Of a stretch of 64,000 bases of DNA, positions 26,040-37,825 are shown piece after piece. A program made the translations under genes and the position numbers. Position 1 is the first letter of the stretch. Each line of letters starts with the position of its first letter. Source of the stretch: Octopus sinensis (Eukaryota); contig NC_043001.1 of NCBI RefSeq assembly GCF_006345805.1, positions 1,302,001 through 1,366,000 on the forward strand, written 5' to 3'. A model generated the notes under the pieces. It saw only the letters and a list, made by a program, of their open reading frames with translations, made no database searches and was not told where the DNA came from.

Positions 26040-27290
26040 TAACTGAAGAAGCAAAGGGGAATAAAGAAAGCTTCTAACAATGCAGAAAGTTTTACAAAAA
26101 CTTTATATTTAAGGGCACGAAGGCCTGTCTTCAGAAGGACGTAATCCAAGAAATATCTTGTTATATTGATTTTGTTATTTTATTTTAAACTGCTCAGCAC
26201 TTAGGCTGGCAGCAGCAGCACCTCTCCAACTGTTGGTCATGGTCATTGTGGTGTATTTTCTCATGGTTGTGGTAGAAGATGGAATTGGTGGGATATGTTA
26301 CGATGTTGGTTGTAGTTGCCATGATGTATTCATAGGAGCCATTAGCTCATCTCTAATCAGCTTTTGATTTTGGGGTTGAGGTGGTGGATCAGTATAGTTT
26401 CCTTGATGTGAAGATTTCTTGTGTTCTTTTCTGGGGCTAGGATGGAAGCGTCTATCTTTTTTGGTGGTATTCTGGCATTGGATGAAGTGCTTGCAGAAGG
26501 AAGACGTGTCATTAGCGAGGTGCTCCTTCATATGGATGTGGAATGGTTAGACTGTGTTACCGAAGAAAAATGTTGTTTTGTATGTATATCGGCACATGTT
26601 AGTGCTGCAAATAGAGCAGTTTGCCAGTGTGTGGGGCTGTTGTTCTGCATACAACCACTTCATTAATGGGTGTTTACATAGGGTTGATCCTGAATGGGTC
26701 AATATGATGTTGAAGCCTTCCTTGTGGATGGCCTTGTAAATGGTGGAGATGGTCTCCTCATTAAAGTGGAGAATCTACAAGAAGGAGTTTTCAGAGAGAT
26801 CCCTGTTGTCACATTTAATTGGCTTGTGTTCGTGTATGGAATTAATAACAGACATTGGGAATCCATTGGTCTCAAATACCTTTAGGAACTGAGCAATATG
26901 TGCAGCCTGGCTGGCATTGTTATTACATCTCTTGTGTATCCAGATGATCTCGTTTTGTGACCCATCTTAGCCATGATGGTGGGGGCTGACTTGTAATGGA
27001 TGAAAAGGTTCCAGTAAGCTGATTTTTGGTAGAACACCATGTCACTTTTTCCCTCGTCCATGATGTTTAGATGAAAGTCAAACAAGGAGAGGGAACCATT
27101 GCCGTTACAGTGTTCAGTAGTGAAGCTAATATGTTGGCCCAGCTTATTGAAATTCTCTATTATTCAAGAGGTGTCTCCAAAGGATGGGGTGAGCAGTAGG
27201 ATGTCATTCGCGTTCCTGGTGAAGAAAGCACATGAATGGCTGGTACTGACTGCCTTACACTCCAGCCAGACTAAGAATAGTGAACAGGGT
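26040..27290 (-). mobile_element. Penelope-like element 3' part (RT thumb, GIY-YIG endonuclease, terminal hammerhead)
   Basis: Minus strand: RNANDILLL (decayed RYVDD), QHISFTTEH, LSLFDFHLNI, FYQKSAYWNLFIHYKSA, then HMKEHL..SSFCKHFIQC and LHIKETILIHHLNPKI, typical of the GIY-YIG C-terminus. Confidence 0.85.
26101..26137 (-). ncRNA. Degenerate minimal hammerhead ribozyme at the Penelope terminus
   Basis: Minus strand ctt-CTGAAGA-caggccttcgtgccct-TAAA-tat-a-aag. Stem I ctt/aag; GAAA mutated to TAAA. Confidence 0.5.
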
Positions 27291-29478
27291 TGAGGGGCTG
27301 ACATTGTGTGTGTGTATTTTTATGTAATGTAACAGACTACTTTCAGTTTCTGATTAACCAGATTCATTTAGTTTCAATTCTAATTTAATACTTTATGACT
27401 AACAGCTTGAGTTAACTGAAGGCATACTTGTATTATATAACTGTTGCCTGTCTTTTGGTGGGTAACTTTGAAAGTATACTCTGGCAGCCATTGGTAATAT
27501 CAGGAATGTGGTAGACATACAAGAAATATTATTTAAATGTTATCAAATCTCTTGTTGCTTATGCAAAATGATGCAAATTTTCAAAAGAGAATATATTCAT
27601 TAGCTTTGAATAAAATAAAGTAAAACAAATTTCTCATTGCTATAACTCCTCCTCCTCCTCCTATATCTACTGTGTATCTCTTTTTAACTCCCACATCCCT
27701 ACAATTCTTTCTCTCTTACTCCATTACCTACCACCAAGCCTAGTATGTATATGAATAAAAAAGCATAACTGGAAAAATCGACCAAATAACATTATATTGG
27801 CTATTATTATTTAGAAAGAATATAGATATGTATAAAAAAAAGACTGGATGGTCAAAATGAGAATGTCTTTGATCATATGTCTGTCACGTCAATGAAGGCC
27901 AACATATGCTTAAACATCAAAGGCAACAACAAGTTATGAGATGTTTTGCAATATATTTCACAGTGTAACTGATATTTTCCTTATTAATGATGTCTTTGTT
28001 AATTTAATTCTTTCTTTCTTTACTAAATCCTGCACTGAAAATTCCCGTGTGTTTAATTCTTTGATTTGTAAGTGTGTTTCTGTAGATTTTCTACAGAATT
28101 TAGAGCTAGCACTGAAAGTTACAATGCTTTGTATACGAATATGTCTTTGTAAACAAAGCAATCAAAGATAGAAAAATTGCATTGTTTCCATAGATGTATT
28201 CATATACAAAATGTCATAACTTTTAGTGCCGGCTCAAAATTTCATAGCAAATATGTAGAGATATACTTAAAAGTAATCAAATTACACTGCTAACACAAAA
28301 AGCAGGACACAGTATTGACTAATAAACCTTGAATATACTTAACAGTATATTCTCGTTGCAAAACGAAATACGGTATCCCTACCAGTAATTAATTAATTCA
28401 TTGACTCCAGAGAGAGGTAAAGCAATGCAAATATTTTCCAGTATGTAATTTAATAAATATCAACGTATCATATTTATTTGACTCTATATTCTTCAGCACC
28501 TTCCACTACACTGAATGCAATACTATCAAATGGAATTCACATAAGAATTCCCATAAAAATCTTCAAGCTTTTAAAATATAAATCAGTAAGAAAACCTTGA
28601 CCTTCTTAGAGTTTGGTAAACTCTTTTATGAAGCTGAAATTGCTTGGAAAGAAATGAAGATTTATGCTGCTTGGAATAATCGATACATAGAACAAAATTT
28701 TCAGCTTGTAACAAGAAATAAAAGAGAGAAAAAAAGTAAAAAAAGAAGTTCTGTGAACGTTTTTCTCAACGTGAAATTACTTGTTCAATGATTTTTGATG
28801 ATGAAGCTTCAGTTTTATTGTGGAATCAGGAAATAACAGCCTGAGAAATTCTGTTAAATCAAGAAATTTCATGGTTTTAAATAAACATAAACATCATCGT
28901 TTCCATGTGAGAAATTTGTCCATTCCAGTATTATAGAGCACAACATATCTTTTACTTAATAATGAGCCAACCTGCTAGGAATAGCAGCTAAATCTCTCCT
29001 AAAGGAAGGACATATCAATAATATAATCCCAGGTAAATTATGTTCAAAAGAAAAAAGATGGGATTGTCACAGCTGGAGTGTCTTTGGTCATAGGTTTGAC
29101 CTATTAGGGCTAATCTGGAGCAAAAGAATGTCTCTTAATAAAGATTCTGCTTGATGTGGTACAAATGGTAGACATATTGAGTTTGTTTCAGGTCCGCCTT
29201 GATCAAGATTAAATCTATTACGGGATTATCCTAATCCATACCCATTCAATTTCCTTTTCCAGGCATAGTGTACTTATGAGAGATTTAGCTGTTAATTTCA
29301 GCCATCCCAGTGATTGTATAGGGAGGACACTCATTCCCTTATGTGTTTACAGTTATGTGGAGGAGGAGGAGGGAAGGGCTGTTGTGAGGTTCATGCCTTT
29401 CTCACTGTGTATGAAAAAGAATAAACCAGTAAAGGGGAAGAGGAAATGGATTTAATAGAAAATCAGAACTGACTAAAA

Positions 29479-29517
<39 letters not shown>

Positions 29518-29964
29518 GCATTTATTTTTGTCTCTTAGCCTTGGCCATAAATGTTCTCTACCCTTTTTCTTAATGGTATGTTAATTCTGGAGAATTTTTG
29601 ATTCTTGAGATTATCTGACATTCTTTCTCATTTAAAGTTGGTCCTAATCCTCACCAGGAGATTGTGTTACCTTCTCTATAAAATAATTACAATAAATCAA
29701 GAATCCATCCTGTATGGTGCTTAAAAATACCTTTATTTATCTTTTCTTTGCTATTCAAATTCCTGTCACTGTCCACCCTCAGTTATTTCTCTTTGCTCAT
29801 TTGCTTTTAATCATCATCATCATTGTTAACATCCACAGTGCCAGGTGGAATTCATGAATTCATTGAGGCAGACCTTCTATGGTCAGCTGCTCTTTTTGTC
29901 ACTGACCCTTAGATGCTTTCAATATTTCACTGTTATAAATGCACAGACAGACAGAACAGATTTT

Positions 29965-30415
29965 CTATATTAAGAGACATGATGGCTGCCCCCTCGTTAT
30001 CGAGTATGGCCATTGCACGAAGCTTAACTGCTATTGGTGCTGTGATTGAATGTGACTTTTATTTGCTTTTTAAGGCTACAGCAGCCATTCAGTTGAGACT
30101 CACAGCACCATCAACAATCATGAACAATGTTGTTATCGTGCAATGCCTGTGCAAGAAGATTTTTTTTTTAAGTGATGAAAGGCTGTGCACTGAGTCAATC
30201 CCACTCACTAAGCAACAGCAGCCATAATCCGAAAAGAAGAACAAGTCAACATCATCAGTAACCACTGAACTGCAGGTTTTATGTCGGAGTTATCCCAGTT
30301 ACCTGAGTTACCTTCTCCTAGAAGGATGCCCTAACAAAGGCTAGGAGTCGTTCACTCCCAATGGTTTAACCGCGTGATTGGGTATTCAGTCTGATTATTT
30401 CTATGTCCCCACGCA
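29965..30415 (-). mobile_element. Non-autonomous RTE-dependent element (RTE-like 5' and 3' segments, no ORF)
   Basis: Minus strand has gcatccttctaggagaaggtaactc (RTE 5' UTR-type motif) and ends ggccatactcgataacgagggggcagccatcat (BovB/RTE-like 3' tail). Confidence 0.5.
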
Positions 30416-30426
30416 TGATACATACA

Positions 30427-30460
<34 letters not shown>

Positions 30461-30598
30461 CATACATATATACACACATACATAAGCAATTATGAGGATA
30501 AACAAATTAGACACATCAAATATATGAAATATATTCACTACATCAAATACAAAATATGTTTATGAGAGAAAGCAAAAGGTGGAAACTTTGAAATGATG

Positions 30599-30646
<48 letters not shown>

Positions 30647-30807
30647 GTATAACGGGAAGCTTTATGAAAATAAACAAAAGACGAAGGCAGGTGGAATACA
30701 AACAAACAATTGTATTAGTATGGCGCTCAGGAATATAAATAAAACAAGTCTTACATTTCGAGCCTAGGCTCTTCAACAGAAAGATACACAGAAAGAAACA
30801 AGGAGAG

Positions 30808-30809
<2 letters not shown>
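30647..30809 (-). mobile_element. Short Penelope terminal-repeat-like fragment between two (TA)n tracts
   Basis: About 160 bp bounded by TA repeats, carrying a minimal hammerhead motif at 30746-30785. Confidence 0.6.
30746..30785 (-). ncRNA. Minimal hammerhead-like motif (Penelope type)
   Basis: atcttt-CTGTTGA-a-GAGCC-ta-GGCTC-GAAA-tgt-a-agac. Perfect 5-bp stem II; stem III looks like a CpG-decayed ACGT palindrome; core A6 is U. Confidence 0.55.
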
Positions 30810-30854
<45 letters not shown>

Positions 30855-30917
30855 GGGGCAACATATGCAGAGTCCAAACACCAGAGGAATTTAAAGAGGT
30901 GGAAGAAAGGTGTTATG

Positions 30918-31040
30918 AGCCCAACAGCTGTTTCTGGGGGCTTGGCAATCCATAATAATGTTGGTAGATTTTGTCCATCACAAAATGCCACTGTATGGAT
31001 GCATTTAACATAGGATGAGATTAGCCTCTGCCATCAGGGT
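30918..31040 (-). ncRNA. Hammerhead-like motif with a long stem II insertion
   Basis: acc-CTGATGG-ca-gaggct...(about 85 nt)...agcccc-ca-GAAA-CAGCTG-TT-ggg. Self-complementary stem III ACAGCTGT; core A9 is G. Confidence 0.45.
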
Positions 31041-31114
31041 AGAGAAGATCTTAATGCAGAAAAGTCCAAATATGGAATGATTAAATGTGGAGAGCTAAGT
31101 GTTTTAGAGGGGTG

Positions 31115-31145
<31 letters not shown>

Positions 31146-31724
31146 GATTATGGCAGGAAATGGTGAGAGGAGAAAAGATAGTTCAAGAAGAGTGAGGGGT
31201 TAATAATGGGGTAGTAAGGGAGTAGCAGTAGAGGTGGGGAGTAGAAGGGTGAAGGAGGATGGGGTAGATAGTTTATGAATGGTAGTCTATTGTGCTGTGT
31301 TGAAGTGTAAGGATGGAAGCTATGGGATTATTGGTTGAGATAGTGAGAAAAGGAATGGCAATTATTTGAGGGAAGTGTCTAGTTCTGAGGTATGTAGAAA
31401 TGTAGGAATGAAGATGGAGTGGAGGGGGGGACAGATTGGGGGGGGGTCAAAATAGTAGTGATTATTGAGATAATGAATGTGGGTTGGTACTGGATGGGGA
31501 GGTGTACTTAATTGAAGATATATATGGAGAGAGAGAGAGAGAATACTGCTTGATACCAACCCTAACTTGATAATTAGTAAGATCCTTTATCCTCCTGATT
31601 TTTCACCTACACAAGTAGACAAAACCACACACACACACCTAAAGACACACACATTTATGTTAGTATGCTGAATGCATGCATACATGTATATATGTCTAGG
31701 CATGTAGACTGTAAAATAATATTG

Positions 31725-32215
31725 GCTTCAAATTTTGCCACAATGCCAGCAATTTCAGCGGTGGTGGGGTCAGTCAATTACATCGACCCCAGTATTTAAC
31801 TGGTAGTACTTATTTTTATCAACCCCGAAAGGGATGAAAGGGAAAATCTACCTTGGTGGAATTTGAACTCAAATTGTAAAGACAGAGAAAATGTCTTTTT
31901 GATTGGTTAACAATTCTGCCAGCTCATCACTTTATTACCACCACTACTACAACAACAACAACAACTACTACTACTAATGATGATGATGATGATGATGATG
32001 ATAATAATAACAATCCTTTCTACTAAAGGCACAAGGCTTGAAAATTGTGGGAGGGGACTAGTTGATTGCACAGACCCCATTGTTTCACTGGTACTTAATT
32101 TATTGACCCCAATAGGATGAAAGCCAAGGCAGAATTTGAACTCAGAATGTAAGGATGGGTCAAATACCGCTAAGCATTTTGCCTGATGTGTTAACGATTC
32201 TGCAAGCTCTGCCTT
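31725..32215 (-). mobile_element. Two tandem SINE family B copies separated by trinucleotide repeats
   Basis: catcgaccccag...tacttatttttatcaaccccgaaagggatgaaag (31725-31935) and tacttaatttattgaccccaataggatgaaag...gttaacgattctgc (32015-32215). Confidence 0.8.
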
Positions 32216-32226
32216 ACTACTACTAT

Positions 32227-32274
<48 letters not shown>

Positions 32275-33149
32275 TACTACTACTACTACACACACACATG
32301 CACACACACACCCATTCTGCTCTGACTTTAAATTCCATTAACTGAATGTATTTCAACTCACATAATTTATGTCTTTAGAAATGGCAGGAACCTCACAAAT
32401 TCCTTTTCCCCCATTATTCTAAATCTGGGTGGCTTCATACCCAAGAAAGAAATACTTGTCATTATGGTTGATATAATTATTGTTGTTATTCCTATTTTTA
32501 TTAAGTTTGGTAGCAACATGGGAAGCATTGCACTTCCTGCTCATCTGTAATCTGCTGTTAGGAATCACAATTTCAACAAAGTTGGCTGAAATGCATTAGA
32601 ATATCTTGAAATGGTAGGTACCATACAGCAAATTCTTATCAATTTTCCAATTGGCAGTTTATATTCCTCAAGTTCGAAAATCTAGTGTTGTGTCTACTAT
32701 GTCATGCTGTGTTTCCATACGCCTTTATATAAATAAGTTAGTCCAGCAATTCTATTAATCATATTTTTAAAGAAACGGTCAATAGTTTCTATGTAAATAA
32801 GAGAAAATCCAGTTATTATGTCTACAATTTCGTAACCACTTCCAAAATTCAGTTGTTTCTCGCCTCTGTAGGATTAAAGAAAATATAATATTCTAAGAAT
32901 TTACTTTTCCATTTAGAAATCATCGAATTCCTCAAGTACCAGTAGTCTGGTTTGTCTTTATTAAACCATTTGCTTTAGTTTTAGACTCAAAACTTGAGAA
33001 TTACACCCAGAAACATGTTTGGAAGAAAGAATTTATTTGCAAGAGATTACATATTAATGTTTGTTTTGGGGTTTTATTGTTTTTTTCTCCAATTCATTTG
33101 CAATGAGCCCATGAGATATCTAAGAAATGAATAATAATAGTAATAATAA

Positions 33150-33290
33150 TTTCTACTGAAGGCACAAGGCCTGAAATTTGGGTGGGAGGGGACTAGTCGA
33201 TTACATCGACCCCAGTATTTCACTGGTACTTAATTTATCAAGACCAAAAGGATGAAAGGTAGAGTTGACCCCAGCAGAATTTGAATAATC
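33150..33290 (-). mobile_element. SINE family B, 3' portion
   Basis: ggcacaaggcctgaaattt...gactagtcgattacatcgaccccagt...ggtacttaatttatc...aggatgaaagg. Confidence 0.8.
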
Positions 33291-33327
33291 AATGATATTA
33301 ATATGCCAACCTGTTGTTTTTGTATAT

Positions 33328-33545
33328 ACTATAGCCTTGAGCTGACCAAAGCCTCGGGAGTGAATTTGGTAGACAGGAACTGAAAGAAGCCCATCATATA
33401 TATGTGTGTGTGTATGCGTCCCTGTAACTTAGCTGTTCAGCGGAAGTGACTGATAGAATAAGCACCAGGCTTACAGGGAATAAGTTCAGGGATCAGTTTC
33501 TTAAATAAAAGGTGGCCACCGTCAAATGACTGAAACAAATAGAAG
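33328..33545 (+). mobile_element. SINE family A, 5'-truncated, with tail module
   Basis: actatagccttgagctgaccaaagcc...actgaaagaagccc...gtaacttagc...gatagaataagcaccaggc...gtcaaatgactgaaacaaat. Confidence 0.75.
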
Positions 33546-34899
33546 AATATCAGAAGAACGTTCCGTGAAAGTTCTTTGAATATGTTTGATGTATTTTAAG
33601 GCTAAATAGTAATTCTGTTTACGTTTTCGTAACTGAGATATTTTGGTTGGATTATATGGTTGTCAGTTTTACACTTCTTTCTATATTCTGTAACTGTCAC
33701 AATATGAAAACATTTCTCATGGCATGAACACACAATTTACAGATGCCTACATTTTTTTGTGTTTCCCGTGAATTTTTCAGGGGTCCAGCTAGTAATAATA
33801 ATAACAACGGTTTCAAATTTTTGGCACAAGGCCAGTAATTTCAAGGAAGTGAATAAGTTGATTACAAAAGACCCCAGTGTTCAACTGGTACTTATTTTAT
33901 CAAATCCCCAAAAGACAAAAGGTAAAGTCAACCCGGATAGAATTTGAATTCAGAATGTAAAGACAGAGAAATGGTACCAAATCTTTTGTGCAGCATGCCT
34001 TCTAATTGACATGTCAGTCTTAGCAGATTACAATGTATCGCTAAAAGAAATGGAGAAACTTGTGAAATACAATTTTGCCCCACACTTATTTTATTATTCT
34101 CATCAAATGGCAAAGTTTATTGCTACCATTATTATAATTATGGGTTTAATTCAGATTCATTCTTATTCCTGGTAGAATTTATGTAGGTACCGGGTTACTA
34201 CCTATAACCTTAAGTATCTACAAGCTTTCAATAGTTTTTCAAGTGCTTAAGACCCCTACTCCTGATAGTTCTTCCTGTCCCTACATGGCAGACTTTCAGT
34301 AGAAACTCTACAGGACATTCTATATTCCCATCTCTTTCAATCATTTGTCTATATCTTTACTAACTGTTCCCAGTGCACCAACTATTACAGGGCACAACCT
34401 TTCATCCTCCAAATTCTTCAATTTCAAACATTTTTTGTTTTTCCTCCTCTTTCTTTACAATCCTGGAACCAAATGGCTATGAGGAATCAATTAAGCAGCT
34501 TTGCTTTTCCTTATCTCTGTTGTTATGTCAGGTTTATTATTTTCTAACTTCTTATCTGAACAGGAAAGTCCCACAAAATGTTGCGTTTCTCTCACTCTAG
34601 CTCTCTTTCAACTCTACGATGATACCATGTCCCTCCAGCTCCAAGTCCACATTTCTGGAAAAGTTTCCCGTTTAAAACTTTCACAACTTGGTCGTGTCTC
34701 CATTTCTTATATTCTTCCTGTGCTAATTTGGGATAAACTACAATAATGTGTGCCACTCTCTCATTTCAAATTCCAAAGACTCTACACTTTTCTCACACCT
34801 TCTTCCCTTATACATATTTTCTCAAGTTGTTTGTTTTTATCTCTTCATCCTGGGCTGCTAGAATTAGACTCTATGTTTCTTTTGTATTGCCCTTTTTTT

Positions 34900-35420
34900 C
34901 TAATCAAGCCCAGGATTTTGTTCCGCATATATCCTCAATGGCTTTCCAAAATTGACCACACAAAGGTTTCTCTTCAATCTATCCAACATGCTCTCTTGGA
35001 ATTTCATTCTTATCCTTTTCTTCTATTCCACACTTGATCACCTGTTCCTTATTCACTGTCTTGAGCAATTTCTTAGTGATTATTATTATTATTACCCTTG
35101 GCCATTTCACAAATAGAAACTGCTTCCTCTTCTTGGACAAAGGAGGTCAATGAGATAATATCCACAATGGACTTGGCTGATTGCTGGATCCATCCTGTCT
35201 ATATGAGTTTAACTTAAACCAACTGTAATCTCCCATTGGTAGTACCAGCCGATTAGGGATTTCTGGAAAGGATTCAAATTCCAACTCCAAAGTCTTTCAT
35301 AACAGACCAGGCAGCTGATGTTTGGTGAGACCTGGTGTTTTCCCGAGAACATCATTATTTTTGCCCACATTAATCTTCTATAGAACACCAGCATTTACCT
35401 TCCACCTTCCACATCAGTAG
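34900..35420 (-). mobile_element. Possible very old LINE endonuclease relic
   Basis: Minus strand VLPMGDYS (~35240) resembles the APE GDFN motif. Little other support. Confidence 0.25.
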
Positions 35421-36102
35421 GGGGCTGTGGGCACCAGATGGCGTTTTAGATGTCAAATGTTTTGTCTCAATTCTTTGCTTGATCCAGGACTGTAGCTTTG
35501 TCAAAAAGAGATGAGTTGAGGAATATGTATTTGACAAACAGCGACCACACAAAGCCACCATCATGGAAGTGCTTGAGATGTCACAATTTACCAATTTACC
35601 AACAGCCATAGCATTCCCAGTCATCCATACAGAAGTTGTTAACCACAAATGGAGCAGCTGACAAGTGAAATGTGTCCTTGACACAAAACATGGTGGAGCA
35701 GATGCTTCATTCAAATGAAATGTGAACTGGAGCAAGGCATGATGGTCATGTGGTAATAGCCAATAGAGGAGAAATAGGTATTTTCTTCCTCTGCTTGACC
35801 TTTTAGGATAGCTTCCTCTTGGCTTGTTTCTGAATGAGATTGGCCGTGCTTTTACATGTTATTTACATACTTTTTCTATGTAACTCCATACAATGTTGTC
35901 CTGTGACATCTTTGATTGTTTTATCAAGATTTTCTGGTTAAAAAAAACAAAAGCATTATTTTTTAATATAGTTTTTTTCTAAGTTTTTAACTTCAAAACG
36001 TTTTGACATTTTTTTCTTTGAAATCATAAATGAACTGGGGAGAGATGAGATATTTTAATGACAGGACTGCTGTATAATAACAACAACAACATTAATAATA
36101 AT

Positions 36103-36312
36103 GGTTTCAAATTTTGGTACAAAACCAGCAGATTTGAAGGGAGTGGGGGTAGGTTGATTACATCGACTCCAGTACTTGATCGGTACTTTTTCTATTGATT
36201 CAGAAAGATGAAACGGCCTTCAACCTTGGTGGAATTTGAGCTCAGAATGTAAAGATGGACAAAATTCTGCTGGCCATTTTGCCTGGTGCAGTAATGATTC
36301 TGCCAGCCTGCC
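36103..36312 (-). mobile_element. SINE family B
   Basis: ggtttcaaattttggtac...gattacatcgactccag...ggaatttgagctcagaatg...atgattctgccagc. Confidence 0.75.
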
Positions 36313-37439
36313 ACACTACTACTACTACTACTACTACTAATAATAATAATAATCATAATAATAATAATAATAATAATCATAATAATAATCATAATAATAA
36401 TCATAATAATCATAATACTTATTAGTATTATTATTATTATTATTGTTATTGTTATTATTATTGATAAGGAATGATGAGAGAAAATAATTTCATAAATTAT
36501 TAAAATTATTTGTAATGATGAGGACTAAGAGAAAGAGGTGAGAGAGTGGTTAGAGAAGAATAAGAGCATTAAGGGAGGGGAAAGAATGAAGGGATGAAGA
36601 ATGAGATAAGGGAGAAGAGGGGAGTGAAAAGTAATAAAAAGAAGTGAAGGAAGGCAAGAAGAAAGAAGGTAGGAGAAGAGTAGAAAGGAAAGAAAGAAGG
36701 CAAGAAATTGAGGAGAAAATTTATGAAGAACAGAGAAAGGTTAAGATGAAGGAAACGATAGGTTGAGTTGAGTTGAGTTGAAAATCTCTCACATGTAAAG
36801 TCTTCAGAGTTGGTCAGAAAATAATGTTTTACTTTATGAGAGATATGATGACTGCTGTTAAAAGGAATGCCTGGAGCAGAATTAAAACTTTAGTTTGAAG
36901 AATATGGTGTAAGTGAATCCAAAAGCTTAGCCTATAGCAATGAAACAGAATTAATAATATATAAAATGATTAATTATTTGATGTAGTTTTCGTTTTTGGG
37001 TGATAGGGGGTGGGGAGAGTCAGTCGGTGAATCTCATAAGTTGCCACTGAAGCACTGCTTTGATCCTTGAAAGTAACCTCAGCTGGTTGTCACTGGTTAC
37101 AAGTGAGCTTCTTGGAAACCTGTTCTTGCTAGGTTTACAAGTCACGAACTAGAAGAGATGAGAAAATGAGACGATGCATAAAGATACAGGAGTGACGTTT
37201 ATGAAATAGCAGCTACATTTCTTGCAGTTATGATTTTGAGAGGTAAAAGGTAGAATGTGCGAGAATTTAAATGGTGGGGGGTGGGGGGTTGTAGATGTGT
37301 GCATAGGAATTGGTATATATATATATATACATGAACCAAATACAGTAGCAGGTATATATTTGTGTGTAGTCATTGTTTAACTTCAGGTCAGCAGTCCTAA
37401 AATCAATGGCATTCCAGCCATGCCACTCCAGTCTCTTTC

Positions 37440-37825
37440 TCGCAATGGCTGTAAGGTAAGAAAATTGCTTCCCAGCCACATGGTTTTGGGTTCACTCCAA
37501 CTACGTGGCACCTTGTGCAAGTGTCTTCTACTAAAGTCTTGGGTCAACCAAAGCCTTGTGACTGGATTTGGTGGACGGAAACTGAAAGAAGCCCATCACA
37601 TATATGTATGTATGTATGTGTGTGTGTGTATTTGTCTCCCCACTACCAGTTGACAGCTGGTGATGGTGTAACATCCATGTAACTTAGCAGTTTGGCAAAA
37701 GAGACTGATAGAATAAGTACCAGGCTTTAAAAAATTAGAACTGGGGTCAATACATTTAACTAAAAATTCTTCATAGTGGTGCCCCAGCATGGCCACAGCC
37801 TAATTACTGAAACAAGTAAAAGATA
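37440..37825 (+). mobile_element. Full-length SINE family A (tRNA head, CORE-like body, microsatellite, tail)
   Basis: ggctgtaaggtaagaaaattgcttccc...ggcaccttgtgcaagtgtcttcta (MIR/CORE-like ccttgggcaagt)...ggaaactgaaagaagccc...cagcatggccacag...actgaaacaagtaaaaga. Confidence 0.85.

Noticed and set aside
32700-32866. Minus-strand exon-like frame GEKQLNFGSGYEIVDIITGFSLIYIETIDRFFKNMINRIAGLTYLYKG after an acceptor-like tacag
   Set aside because: No recognisable family, weak donor and no partner exons; cannot be supported without RNA data.
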